Assembly: GCA_041739995.1 (NCBI GenBank)
Contig: JBGSMV010000052.1
Location: 1 to 51,411 of the forward strand
Reading direction: 5' to 3'
DNA: 51,411 bases
From: Bdellovibrionota bacterium
Lineage (GTDB): Bacteria; Bdellovibrionota_C; UBA2361; JBGSMV01
Shown piece after piece: positions 19,689 to 29,922 of this stretch. Made by a program: the position numbers and the translations under genes. The notes under the pieces were generated by a model that was given only the letters and a program-made list of their open reading frames with translations, did not search any database and was not told where the DNA came from. Positions within the stretch are counted from its first letter, which is position 1, and each line of letters starts with the position of its first letter.

Positions 19689-21055
19689 GTTCGTCTCGCC
19701 TGTCCCTTTGTTGCTACCGCTTCCGCAGCGTGGCCATCAGTTAAGCGTGCCAGGAATTTGCGAGTGGGGAGGCCCATGAGTGCTGCGGCAGCTCGATACT
19801 GATGTCCGCATAGCTCTAGGGCATGGGCTAACGTAAGAGCAGTGCCTCCCTCCTGTGTTCTCTCAGTGGCGTCGCCCTTCGATAGGAACTCGTTGTTCCA
19901 TTGCTCAAGTTGCTGCTCGAGAAGTTGAGCAAGAGTCTTGTCTTTTGTTCTTGCGGCGCGTAGCGCGGCTTCGATGGTGACGGCACGTAATTGTCGCACG
20001 TTCCCGGGCCACTCCATGGTGCCGGCCCAACGAAGTGCGGCGGCATCGAATGCTTTTAGCTTCTCGCTGCTGAGCGCAGCCGCATCGTTACAGAAACGCT
20101 GCATCAGCGGTGCGATGTCTTCGTTTCGCTGTGAAAGAGCAGGGATTGAGATTCTTCTGGCGCTCGGGATGGCACGCGCCCAGGCTTCCGCAACTGAGGC
20201 ATCTGCGGTGCAAATGACAAGAAACGAGTCAGACTTAGCCGACCACATGTTGTCTGTCCGAGAGGAGATTTGTTCAAGTAGAGCACCGTCATCCTCTTCC
20301 GCATGCAGAATGGTAAGGTTGAGGTCGACCCCAAGTTTTGGACCAACGCGATTCTGCGCATGGCCGATGATTGCCTCCGCGGACTCGGTACTTAGGCGTA
20401 GATCGCATAGACGAGGTGTCGCCTCGCCTTGGCGGAGGTTAGCGTACGCGCGCGCCCAGGATTTTTTCCCGCATCCGTTCGGGCCATCGAGAATGAGAAT
20501 ATGCGTCGGAGCCTGAGCTAGAGTTTCTAATTGTGAGCGGGCCGCGGCGGTACTTGGAGCCTCAGCGATAAGATCATCGATTCGAGTTGGCTCGGTTGAG
20601 ATCGGGCAGGACTTTGCGTTTGCTTGCAAGGTCATGATTGACAGGATTTCTTTTTGCACCGCGCGTGCCAGCTTTTGGATCGATTGGGGATGGTCTACTT
20701 CCATATAATCGAGAGCTCCGTGCTGCATGGCCTGGACTGCCACCGGAACGCTTGGTTCATCAGTAAGAAAGAATACTCGGGGGCGCTCGTCTGAATCGAG
20801 TGATTCGATACGGGAGAGAATATCGAGACCGGTGCTGAAGTCGCCAAGAAGATAGTCCAGCACGACGATCAATGGCTGACGCTTTACTACGACCTGTTCG
20901 ATCTCTTCGGTGACAGGGACGCGCGAAGCGGTAACCCCCAAATCTGAGAGAGCTGACTGCAGCGCTTCAGCGGCGCGAGCCTTCAGAGGCTCTCGCTCAT
21001 TTAGAACGATGGTTACTTGTTCTCGCATCATATTCTTTTCAGAAACAGTCGACAC
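19685..21055 (-). CDS. Receiver domain + degenerate sigma54 AAA+ domain + HTH
   Basis: REC (VVLDYLLG, FLTD), GPNGCGKK, IPALSQRNEDI and WPGNVRQL retained. No GAFTGA loop or Walker B DE. Confidence 0.8.
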   Translation of the reverse strand: MSTVSEKNMMREQVTIVLNEREPLKARAAEALQSALSDLGVTASRVPVTEEIEQVVVKRQPLIVVLDYLLGDFSTGLDILSRIESLDSDERPRVFFLTDEPSVPVAVQAMQHGALDYMEVDHPQSIQKLARAVQKEILSIMTLQANAKSCPISTEPTRIDDLIAEAPSTAAARSQLETLAQAPTHILILDGPNGCGKKSWARAYANLRQGEATPRLCDLRLSTESAEAIIGHAQNRVGPKLGVDLNLTILHAEEDDGALLEQISSRTDNMWSAKSDSFLVICTADASVAEAWARAIPSARRISIPALSQRNEDIAPLMQRFCNDAAALSSEKLKAFDAAALRWAGTMEWPGNVRQLRAVTIEAALRAARTKDKTLAQLLEQQLEQWNNEFLSKGDATERTQEGGTALTLAHALELCGHQYRAAAALMGLPTRKFLARLTDGHAAEAVATKGQARRT

Positions 21056-21174
21056 GCGATCTCATCTGATTAGTGAGATGATTGGTGACGGTGACTGATT
21101 CACCCAGCTTTGCAAACGGCGTTTAATTAAATTGAGTTGTAGTCATCTATCTCAGCAGGAGGCCTTGGTACCCG

Positions 21175-21774
21175 ATGAAAGACATTTTGATTGTTGAAGA
21201 TGGCGCGCAGGAGCGTGAAAGACTGGCGAAGCTGCTTTCTGAGGCGGGCTATGCGGTTCACGCCAGTGCCACTGTGGCTGACGCCGAACGAGCGGTACAG
21301 ATGGAGAGCTTTCGAATTGCGATTCTCGACATTGGACTGAGCGATAAATCAGGGTCTTATCTTTTTAATTTGGTGCGTCGAGGCGGACGTATCGCCTATG
21401 TGATTATTTTTACTGGGAACCCATCGGTTCATTTAAAGCAGCGCTTCCTTGATGAAGGCGCCGTTGACTATATCGTAAAGGGTTCTCCTCAGGCACAGAA
21501 TGAAGCCTTTCTTGCCCGGGTGAGTGATTTGATTGGGGCTCCAGAGAAGCGGACTGCCAATGGCATTCCGCTCGAGGAGTTTCTCACTCGCTTCGTTGAG
21601 GATTCTTCTCGAAAACTTTTCTTGGATCTCGAGAACAATTACCCACCATGTAAGGAATGCAGATCTCAAGACTACGTGGTGGTATTCTCGCATAAAACGC
21701 AGGTTCCTCCCGAAGTGATGGGGAGAGTGGTTTGCGCTGCATGCGGGAAGCCAATGGATCTTGAGGTGGGATAA
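21175..21774 (+). CDS. Response regulator with C-terminal CxxC...CxxC zinc-ribbon-like domain
   Basis: IVED, ILDIGL, IFTG, YIVK; C-terminal CKEC and CAAC; AGGAGG RBS. Confidence 0.85.
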   Translation: MKDILIVEDGAQERERLAKLLSEAGYAVHASATVADAERAVQMESFRIAILDIGLSDKSGSYLFNLVRRGGRIAYVIIFTGNPSVHLKQRFLDEGAVDYIVKGSPQAQNEAFLARVSDLIGAPEKRTANGIPLEEFLTRFVEDSSRKLFLDLENNYPPCKECRSQDYVVVFSHKTQVPPEVMGRVVCAACGKPMDLEVG

Positions 21775-21780
21775 TTCCTC

Positions 21781-23979
21781 ATGGGAACCGCTTGGTTCAA
21801 AAGCAACGCTGTTCTGGTCCCTCCGGGCAGAAACACAGATCCTCATCGGGTAGAGGCTGAAGCGCTCTTGCGACGATTCGAGCGCGATCTACTGCGTGAA
21901 CGACGTTCGATCTTTCTTTCGCGTTTGATTGGTTTGCACGTTCTGTTTGGGGCCCTTTCGCTTGCGAGGGTGCTTGGGTTTACGGAACAAGCGGACGGGA
22001 CGCTTGTGGCATGGCTCGCTCTGATTGTAGCAGGGACGGCGAGTTTTTGGGTGCTCGCGCGTGCGCGGCGTAACATTGCGATTGAATTAACCGCCGCGAT
22101 CTCCGCCGTTTGGGTTGGCGCATGGTTATTCCCGTTGCTTATTCTCGCAAGCAGCGATGGATTAGAAATCGGTATGGGCATCACGCTCTGGGCCGTTGGC
22201 GCACTTCACCTGCCGTTCTCTCTTCCGACCGCAGCGGGGATAGGAGTGGTCATTCTTGGCGCGACTGTCGGGCTTGCCGACATGGGGTTGCTTGGTTCTG
22301 GAGTAAGCCAGATCACTTTCCTTTGGCTCGGGGTAGTCTTCACGCTAATAGTGGCAGGAGTACTTTCTGCCCGATCCGCTTCTCTACGGGCGGCTACCCG
22401 CACAGCCCATGCCTCCATCAACGAATACTGCAGCTCTGCCAGTTGCTCAGCGCTTGCAACCATTCGTCTGGTGGCAGCTGGTACGAAGGCGCTCGTGGAG
22501 ACGCGACGCGCGGTGATTGTGACCGTTTCTGGAATGAGTGAGATCGTTGAGGGCAATTCCGTGCGAGTTCCAAAAGTAGATCGTGCATTTGCCAAAGCTC
22601 TTGGTGAGCGCATTGCGGGCGAAGGGAGATCGGTCGGGACGCTCTCTGTGCGGACGCTCGGCGAGCAGTTCGTTGCCCCCATGCATGATTGGTTTGGGCG
22701 ACGGCCTGCGACGTTGATGTACATGCGATTCCTAGTGGTGCTTGAAGAGCGCGAGCAAGTCGCGTTCGTTCTCATTCCGTTCCAGCTTCCGTTGCGCCTG
22801 AGTGGAAAGAGGGCTGTGGCCGAAGCGCTAATAAGCATTCGAGGTCTGGCTGAAGTCTCCTTCGCTGCGGCGCGAGGACGGTTCTTGGCTTCTGATGCGC
22901 TTTTACTGAGCCAACGGGCTGCAGTGGAAAGAGAGCAGGATCTCAATGAGTTGGTGCATTTGGTCAACAACGTGGTGCAAGACATTTCAGTCCAGTGTGA
23001 AACGATTGAGCAGGCGCTCATGCGCGAGGCGAAAGAAGGGGGGAATGAAGAGCTGCGCCATGAAGTGAAGCGAGGTCTCCGGGACTTGGAGTCGAGCGCA
23101 CGCTACCTCTCAGCCGGCGTGTCCGATACGACACTACTCAGTGAGCTTCTGAGAATCCGGTCATTTTCTAGGCAGGAAGATGTTTCTCTGAAGAGTGCGA
23201 TAGAAGATTTGAGTAATTACGGAAACTACTATGCGCGTCGTCGCGGCAAGACTTGTAAGATCGTTGGACATCCGGACGGAGAAGTAACCCTTGGGGTAAC
23301 GAGCCGAGAATTTCTGGACACATGTTTGCGCGCGTTGCTGAAGATGAGTTTCGGTTCTTCCGCTGAAGCTGCCGAGGTATCGGTGCGGGCATTTAGCGAT
23401 GAGAACCGCATCGTGGTTGAATTCTCTGGATTTGCCGCCGTTGAAGACCTCGGCGGGGAAGGATGGGCACCTCCACTGGTCGCCACTCAGCGCTTCGCCG
23501 AACTCAGCGGCGGAAAGTTATATGTGTTTCCAGGTGAGGGGTCGTACGCCAGTCGACTCTTACTCGTACTGGCGCGCGGACTTGGTCTGAAGAAGAAGTC
23601 CAACGCGCGCGGGAAGTGGGCGCTTTTTGTAGATGACAACCCCCAGGTGACGGCTTTTTATGGGCGGATTGCGGAAGCGTTTTCAGTGCCATTTCATACT
23701 GCTGCCTCAGTGACGGAGGCACTCCGTATTCTTGAGCAGGAGGGACAACCGCGTTTTGTGCTCACTGACCTTCAGCTTGGGGAAGAAAGCGGCCTAGACC
23801 TTGTGCGTGTGCTTCGAGAGCGCTTTGGGCGAGATCTCGCGGTGCTTGTGATCAGTGGAAACGTCTCCGAAGACGTACGCTTAAGTGTCCAAGAAGTGGC
23901 TGCGACGAAGTTTCTTTCGAAACCGGTCGGGCGTGCGCGCCTGGTGGCCGAGATGCAAGGGCTGCTCGGAGGGCACTAG
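21781..23979 (+). CDS. Membrane hybrid sensor-like protein: TM helices, degenerate HisKA/HATPase, C-terminal receiver
   Basis: About 5-6 TM segments; ELVHLVNN H-box-like; QRFAELSGGKLYV HATPase tail; REC FVDDNP/LTDLQL/ISG/FLSKP. Confidence 0.75.
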   Translation: MGTAWFKSNAVLVPPGRNTDPHRVEAEALLRRFERDLLRERRSIFLSRLIGLHVLFGALSLARVLGFTEQADGTLVAWLALIVAGTASFWVLARARRNIAIELTAAISAVWVGAWLFPLLILASSDGLEIGMGITLWAVGALHLPFSLPTAAGIGVVILGATVGLADMGLLGSGVSQITFLWLGVVFTLIVAGVLSARSASLRAATRTAHASINEYCSSASCSALATIRLVAAGTKALVETRRAVIVTVSGMSEIVEGNSVRVPKVDRAFAKALGERIAGEGRSVGTLSVRTLGEQFVAPMHDWFGRRPATLMYMRFLVVLEEREQVAFVLIPFQLPLRLSGKRAVAEALISIRGLAEVSFAAARGRFLASDALLLSQRAAVEREQDLNELVHLVNNVVQDISVQCETIEQALMREAKEGGNEELRHEVKRGLRDLESSARYLSAGVSDTTLLSELLRIRSFSRQEDVSLKSAIEDLSNYGNYYARRRGKTCKIVGHPDGEVTLGVTSREFLDTCLRALLKMSFGSSAEAAEVSVRAFSDENRIVVEFSGFAAVEDLGGEGWAPPLVATQRFAELSGGKLYVFPGEGSYASRLLLVLARGLGLKKKSNARGKWALFVDDNPQVTAFYGRIAEAFSVPFHTAASVTEALRILEQEGQPRFVLTDLQLGEESGLDLVRVLRERFGRDLAVLVISGNVSEDVRLSVQEVAATKFLSKPVGRARLVAEMQGLLGGH

Positions 23980-24066
23980 TTGCAACGGTGCGAAGACTTT
24001 AGAGCAAGGGGAACTTTGAAATACTAAGGTCGAAACAAGGGAGCTACAGAGGAGTGGAGATACGTT

Positions 24067-24504
24067 ATGAGCCAAAACTCAAATTCGAATAAGTTGGATG
24101 AGCTTGTTGATCAGCAAACCAAGACATGGGTCATGACGATCGTAGAAGCTGCCGCGCAACGCGAGCATGACGGATTGGTGGCCATGTTGGTGCAGAAGTT
24201 GCGTGGAATTAGTGCTTCACCCACTGTGGTAGATAGTGCGGGGGTAACGTCTGAATGGGTGGGAATCGAGTCCTTGTCACGACTGCGCAGTGTCGTGGGT
24301 GGGAGATTTCAGAACATCAAAAAGAAATGGGTAGATGCCGGCTTTCCTCTGCGTGAGCATCGCGGAGACCGTTGGAAGGAGTTCGAAATGGATCGAGATG
24401 CCTGGCTCGAACTTGCCGCCTGGATAGCCAAACAAGGATATGAAGCTCGCCTGACACCAGAGAGCGAAGAATTTATTTTCCAGTTGAAGGCGCAGTCTAA
24501 ATAG
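24067..24504 (+). CDS. Hypothetical protein
   Basis: GGAG RBS, 145-aa ORF with ordinary composition. Confidence 0.75.
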   Translation: MSQNSNSNKLDELVDQQTKTWVMTIVEAAAQREHDGLVAMLVQKLRGISASPTVVDSAGVTSEWVGIESLSRLRSVVGGRFQNIKKKWVDAGFPLREHRGDRWKEFEMDRDAWLELAAWIAKQGYEARLTPESEEFIFQLKAQSK

Positions 24505-24936
24505 AACCACCAAATCATGCGCGTAGGGCTACGAGAATCTCGGAGAGGGAAGCTGAGCGTGCGTTCTGGGTGGGCCAGGCATTCCGAGAGACAGGAGATC
24601 GGAGAGCTTTTGACTCAAGATAGCACTTCCAGAAGCGACCTCCAGTAAAACACTATTATCCTTAAGAAAATGAACATCGGGGCTATGAAGAAAAACTCGT
24701 AGTCTGCCGAAAGAGTTGTTGAGAGGTTTGGATCATTAGATCTAACTCTCTGAAGTTACGTGAAGGTTCGCCAAAAGCGACACCCTTTGTGGTGATTTGG
24801 CGTGCGTCGAAGTTCTTCCGGTTCAACTTGTCTGAATCGAGCGTCGGGACGAAAGCCCGGCAGTGCCTGGGGAGAATAATTGACGGAAAGAGCCTCCAAG
24901 TTGGGTGCAGGACGGGAGTCAGGGGAGAACAGGGGA

Positions 24937-25911
24937 ATGCTTTTGGGGCAGTCAGAAAAAGGCAGTCGAGACGACCTTGTCAGCGAAGAGGATCGAATGG
25001 TCCCGGCTGCAATTACCGACACCGGCTGCGAGCGCGAGCTCAACGAAGACCGCTATGCGGTTGTTGAGGGCGCCTCGGGTCTCGCGTGGATCGTATGCGA
25101 TGGAATGGGAGGAGCAACTGGCGGAGAGTTGGCCGCGCAGCTCGCGATTGATGCTATTCGCAGAGATCTTGAAAATCTTCCCCCGCGACCTTCTGGGGAT
25201 GCGTTACGCGATGCGATCCTTGAAGCGAATCGAATCATTGTGCTTCGTAGACAGAATCAGGCCTTTGCACAGATGGGAACCACCATCGTAGCGGCAATGT
25301 TTGACGGGCCTGAGGTTGCGGTCGCAAACGTAGGCGATTCACGCGCATATCTCATTCGCGAAGGTGCAATTCAACAGCTCACTACTGATCACACTTTTGT
25401 TCAAGATCTGGTGGACCGCGGGCAGATTCAGCTCGAAGACGCACTTTCCCATCCACAGGCGCACATCCTTACTCGCGCAATTGGTTCTGAGCCTGCGCTC
25501 GAAGTCGATCTCACGCGGTATTGGGTCTGGGACTCCGAGAATGGGGAGCAGCCCGACGTTCTCGTCCTTTGCACCGATGGACTCTATAGCCAGGTGAGCG
25601 AAGTAGAGGTTGCGGCGATTGTTACCGACGAAACGCCGCAGAGCGCATGTGTGAAAATGGTTGAGTTGGCGAAGGCGCGAGGAGGATTCGATAATATCTC
25701 ACTTGCCATCGTTCCCCTCGGGGGCCAACTGCGACAAGAGCCTCCACCAGGATTTGACCCGCAGCGTGCCCTTGAACGGAAAATGCCCAAACGTAAGTCG
25801 CGCAATAACGCGAGAAGTCTACTCAGAACGATGCTGATCGTCATGGTACTTTCGATTCTAGCGGCGGTGTTGACAGTTGTTGGGGTCCTTACTTTTGGTT
25901 TCGGCCAATGA
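24937..25911 (+). CDS. Stp1/PrpC-type PP2C Ser/Thr phosphatase with C-terminal TM
   Basis: NED, CDGMGG, MGTT, NVGDSRAY, TDH, ILTRAIG, CTDGL, DNIS. Confidence 0.93.
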   Translation: MLLGQSEKGSRDDLVSEEDRMVPAAITDTGCERELNEDRYAVVEGASGLAWIVCDGMGGATGGELAAQLAIDAIRRDLENLPPRPSGDALRDAILEANRIIVLRRQNQAFAQMGTTIVAAMFDGPEVAVANVGDSRAYLIREGAIQQLTTDHTFVQDLVDRGQIQLEDALSHPQAHILTRAIGSEPALEVDLTRYWVWDSENGEQPDVLVLCTDGLYSQVSEVEVAAIVTDETPQSACVKMVELAKARGGFDNISLAIVPLGGQLRQEPPPGFDPQRALERKMPKRKSRNNARSLLRTMLIVMVLSILAAVLTVVGVLTFGFGQ

Positions 25912-25991
25912 CTTTGAGGCAGTGATTTCAGGGCGATGATTTTTAGACAAAGAACACGGGGCGTTGGGAAGTTGGTTTAAAGGAGCGAACC

Positions 25992-26729
25992 ATGGCAAAC
26001 GACAAAAACCTCCATTTTGACGAGGGTGCAAGCGAACATGATGGTGAAAGTGACACTGAACATGCGCCGCGAGCCCGCAACCGCACGGTAATGCTCACCC
26101 CAGACATTACCGGACAAGTACGAGCACGACTTGCGAAGGAACTCGATCCTGCTTCTGGGCATGGTGGCGAAGGCCTGCATGGTGGCGGAGCCGGCGGAGG
26201 CTTTGTGCCAGTAGCGCCACGACGCGGCAATGTCGAGGCACCTGTGGCAAGTCGAGCGCCGGCAGCTCCGGCACATAGCGAACCGAGGCCCCTAGGTCGT
26301 GCGGCACCCGCCTATTCTGAACCGCCGAAGCAGGTAGCTGTCGCTCATGCTCCCGACGGAGATCTGATGGAGTGGAAGAAACTTGCCCCAGTAGTGGGCG
26401 TTTTAGTGACCTATGACCGAGATCCTAACGGAGAAATTTACCCGCTGAGAAGTGGTCGTTTGATTGTAACTTCAGAGATGCCTTCGGGAGGAAATTTTCT
26501 TTACCTCGAGGATGAGAGCGTCTCTTCCATGCATGCCATCATGCGAATAAGCGACGACGCAAAACTGCAGGTGCTCGATCAGCTCTCTGAGCATGGCACT
26601 CAAATTCGCAGAGCAGATGGATCGGAGGAGGTGAGACTCTCAGGCGACAAGGCTGAGGTGCATCACGGCGACGAGATTTCGTTCGGTGAGCGGCGTTTCA
26701 CTGTGTGTATTCTTCCGAAGCGCGACTAG
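25992..26729 (+). CDS. FHA-domain protein with disordered N-terminus
   Basis: VSSMHA, DQLSEHGT, VHHGDEISFG; AAGGAG RBS. Confidence 0.8.
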   Translation: MANDKNLHFDEGASEHDGESDTEHAPRARNRTVMLTPDITGQVRARLAKELDPASGHGGEGLHGGGAGGGFVPVAPRRGNVEAPVASRAPAAPAHSEPRPLGRAAPAYSEPPKQVAVAHAPDGDLMEWKKLAPVVGVLVTYDRDPNGEIYPLRSGRLIVTSEMPSGGNFLYLEDESVSSMHAIMRISDDAKLQVLDQLSEHGTQIRRADGSEEVRLSGDKAEVHHGDEISFGERRFTVCILPKRD

Positions 26730-26790
26730 GGCGAACTATAGTTACCCGAGAAGTTATTAAGGCATTCGAGGTTGAGAGTGGTACCAAAAC

Positions 26791-28434
26791 ATGGCGGATG
26801 AGCACCTCATTAGCTTGCAACCCGGGACAGTGATCGCCGGGCGCTACGAAGTGGTGAAGTGCCTTGGTCAAGGCAGCATGGGACTCGTGTATGCATGCCG
26901 CCACCGAGAGCTTCAGGGTCACCTGTTTGCGCTTAAGGTGTTGTTCCCCGAGGTTGCGCAAGATCGGGTTGCCGCTCAGCGCTTTATGAACGAGGTGGTA
27001 GCTTCGTATAGTGTCTCGCACCCGAATGTAGTGAGAGCCTACGAATATATTCGAGACGGCGATTTAGTTGCTTACGCCATGGAGTATGTCGGCGGGGGAG
27101 ATCTCGCGGACCGACTGGGAAATCGCGAGCAGCTTCTCACCATTCCTGAAATAGTGCGGTTGGTGAGCCAGATGTGCCTTGGAGTACAGGCTATTCATCG
27201 CGCCGGTATTGTGCACCGCGATCTTAAGCCCGAGAACATTTTGATCACCAAAGATGGGCAAGTGAAGATTGCTGACTTTGGTATTGCACGTACGGGTCAT
27301 GGGCCGAAGCTTACCGAACATGGCGGAGTGGTCGGGACTATCGACTATGTAAGCCCAGAGTACATGTTGAATGCGCAGGTAGATTGGCGTTCAGATATCT
27401 ACGCGCTCGGCATCCTCGCCTATGAAATGACTACCGGCGAATCGCCGTTTCGCGGTGACAGCGTGTACGCCACGATGACCAAGCGACTAAAGTCCGATCC
27501 GGTTCCGCCGAGTCAAATCCGTTCTGAGTGTCCTCCAGAGTTGGATCGTATTATTTTTCGAGCAATGCACCGCGAGGTGGAGCAGCGCTATCAGGCCTCC
27601 TTTGAGATGTATGAAGATCTTGCACGGTTTATGCCTGAGCAAGTATCGAGGATGGGAGTCGAACCCCTTTCCTATGCGGGGCAGCCGTCCACAGCGTCGG
27701 TTGGAGACGGGGCGCGCGCAGCCAACAGCGTATCAGAGCACGCGCATGGAGCATCCTCAGGTGGAGTGGGCATGGGGGTTTCACCAGGCGGATTCATTGC
27801 CCCTGGCCTCGGAGCTGATTCCAGAGGAGTGGCGCTGGCCTCGACGCCATTTGACGATACCCAGATAGAAACGTCGACCGAGGGAGGACGGGCACCACGT
27901 TATTCGTGGGAGCGAGAGCAGCGTAGGGGCGGTCCGGTAGAGAGTAGAAAGACTTCACCTGAGCCGCGGGTGGCGGCTGATACACAAATCAATAACATCG
28001 CGAAGCAGTTCGCTGACGAGGATCCTGACGCCACTTTGCATGAACCGGTCAAGATGGAGTCCATGTTGTCGCCAAACGTTGTGGCGGATACATGGGATCG
28101 CGAGGGACGTCCTTCGCCGGTTATAAGAATTCCCTCCACCGGAATATCAAACGATCGGATGCGACGTCTTTCTCAAGAGATCGATCAAGGAAGCCGGTCC
28201 ATGTGGGTGGATGCCGTTACTTTGCTGGTGGCGATTGTGATTGGAATTGGCGTTGGATTTGCTCTCCTTAAGATATTCGCCCCGCATTTGCTGAGTCGAT
28301 CGGTGGCGGTTCAGGCGCAGGACGGCCCTAGTCGCTTGGCCCTTGGGGACCCTGTTTTTGCCTTCCAGGGAGGGTGCCAAGGCACAATTTTTGATTGCAG
28401 CGAACCTGTAGGCAGAGACGGGATAAATGCTTAG
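26791..28434 (+). CDS. Hanks-type Ser/Thr protein kinase, membrane anchored
   Basis: LGQGSMGLVY, ALK, HRDLKPEN, DFG, GTIDYVSPE, SDIYALG; TM segment near the C-terminus. Confidence 0.95.
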   Translation: MADEHLISLQPGTVIAGRYEVVKCLGQGSMGLVYACRHRELQGHLFALKVLFPEVAQDRVAAQRFMNEVVASYSVSHPNVVRAYEYIRDGDLVAYAMEYVGGGDLADRLGNREQLLTIPEIVRLVSQMCLGVQAIHRAGIVHRDLKPENILITKDGQVKIADFGIARTGHGPKLTEHGGVVGTIDYVSPEYMLNAQVDWRSDIYALGILAYEMTTGESPFRGDSVYATMTKRLKSDPVPPSQIRSECPPELDRIIFRAMHREVEQRYQASFEMYEDLARFMPEQVSRMGVEPLSYAGQPSTASVGDGARAANSVSEHAHGASSGGVGMGVSPGGFIAPGLGADSRGVALASTPFDDTQIETSTEGGRAPRYSWEREQRRGGPVESRKTSPEPRVAADTQINNIAKQFADEDPDATLHEPVKMESMLSPNVVADTWDREGRPSPVIRIPSTGISNDRMRRLSQEIDQGSRSMWVDAVTLLVAIVIGIGVGFALLKIFAPHLLSRSVAVQAQDGPSRLALGDPVFAFQGGCQGTIFDCSEPVGRDGINA

Positions 28435-28606
28435 ATTGTGGGAGAGTACCTGATTAAGTAAAGTAAAAAGAGGCGGAGCCAGCGGAAAGCCTCCGTCCTG
28501 GACAGGGACTTAGTGAAGCGCGCAGTGGGGCTATTCCATTTTACTGGGCGATTGTAGCGAGATCCTTCTTAAGAGTATTTTTTGCTGAACAAGTCGAAAT
28601 AAATTC

Positions 28607-29914
28607 ATGAAGCTTCTCATTGTAGATAACACCACCGAAGCGCAGGCGTTTTGCGCGAAGCGCATTGAGGCCTTTAACCAGGCTGACATGGAAATGCTTG
28701 ATCTGAAGGTCAAGCTCGTTGGCGAGCGCGAAGCGGGTGACCGCATCGCCGAAGCCGATGTGCTGGTTCTTGGAGCGGGGCTTTCCGATCGAGCAGTAGC
28801 TCTCGCTCGGCAGTCCCTCGCGGTCGCCCCTTGGCTTCATATTGTCATGTTCGTAACGGACGAAGCCTATGGTGGGGGAGCCTTTCGGCAGGCGCACTCG
28901 GCTGGTGTTCGAAAAGTATTCCCGGATAGCGCAAGCCCTCTTGATTTTCTCCAAGAGCTTGTTGCCATTCACGCAGAATTTCGCCGTGAAGGTAGGACTC
29001 GAGAAGGTAGGGTCATTGCGGTTACTCACGCCAAGGGTGGAGTAGGCGCAACCTCTATTGCCGCAGCATTGGGCGAAGTGTGTAGCGTCTATAATCGCCG
29101 CACTCTGCTTTGGGATCTCGACGTGGAGACGAGAGATTTAAGCCGATCTCTCACGGTTAATGGCGTTGAAGCCAAAGTCGTAAGCGCTTGGGTGAATGGA
29201 TCGAGAGAGATATCACGAGAGTCTCTGCGAGACGCAGTTATTCCTATCAGCACCGAAGTCTCAGTACTGATGCCGCCGGATCGCATGGCGGAGTCGATGG
29301 ACCTTGTCTGTCATACCGATGGAATGACTATCGCTCAGCGCGTCGTTGAACTTTCACGAGTGCTCTTCGATGTGGTGATAGTAGACACTGGGGGCAGGCT
29401 TGGACCTGCGACTGGGACCATCATGCGTCTTGCTGACGTAGTCTTAATAGTGATTGACGACACTATTCTGGGGCTCACTGCGGTGGATCTCTATCTGACC
29501 TTTGTGAAGACCCTGGTGGGAAGCACCGATCGGCTGATGTTCTTGGTTAATCCGTACTCTGGAGCCCTGTTGGGAGTCGAGCAGATAATGGCTGAGCTCG
29601 AACCGGCGCATCATCTTGGAGAGGCCCCTTGGCGGCTGCCCCCGGTGCCCAACGACCAAAAAGCAGCTCTATGGCCTGGAAGCGGGCGGACTTTGTACAG
29701 CATGGGACAGAAAGGCACTCGCGAAAAGCTAGAACGCATTGCGCGTGAGCTTGGAGTGATAGATCCCCGCGCAGGCGAGCAGGAAGGGGCTCCACCGCCC
29801 GGTGCGGCCGGTGGGGGCTGGTTACAGCGTCTTTTTGGTTCGAATCAACCTAAGAGGGGGGAGGGAGCTTCTAGCGGCTCTGGAAAAGAGGTTCCCCTTA
29901 TCGGTAATAAGTAA
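28607..29914 (+). CDS. cpaE: TadZ/CpaE: atypical receiver + MinD/ParA-like ATPase
   Basis: REC-like N-terminus; deviant Walker A AKGGVGAT; LLWDLD, VIVDTG; directly upstream of flp/cpaB/tadA. Confidence 0.8.
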   Translation: MKLLIVDNTTEAQAFCAKRIEAFNQADMEMLDLKVKLVGEREAGDRIAEADVLVLGAGLSDRAVALARQSLAVAPWLHIVMFVTDEAYGGGAFRQAHSAGVRKVFPDSASPLDFLQELVAIHAEFRREGRTREGRVIAVTHAKGGVGATSIAAALGEVCSVYNRRTLLWDLDVETRDLSRSLTVNGVEAKVVSAWVNGSREISRESLRDAVIPISTEVSVLMPPDRMAESMDLVCHTDGMTIAQRVVELSRVLFDVVIVDTGGRLGPATGTIMRLADVVLIVIDDTILGLTAVDLYLTFVKTLVGSTDRLMFLVNPYSGALLGVEQIMAELEPAHHLGEAPWRLPPVPNDQKAALWPGSGRTLYSMGQKGTREKLERIARELGVIDPRAGEQEGAPPPGAAGGGWLQRLFGSNQPKRGEGASSGSGKEVPLIGNK

Positions 29915-29922
29915 GCTCTGTA

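Noticed and set aside
28380..28395. Sigma54 promoter for cpaE (AGGCACAATTTTTGAT)
   Set aside because: The -12 element reads GA rather than GC and the site is inside the kinase CDS; too weak to call.
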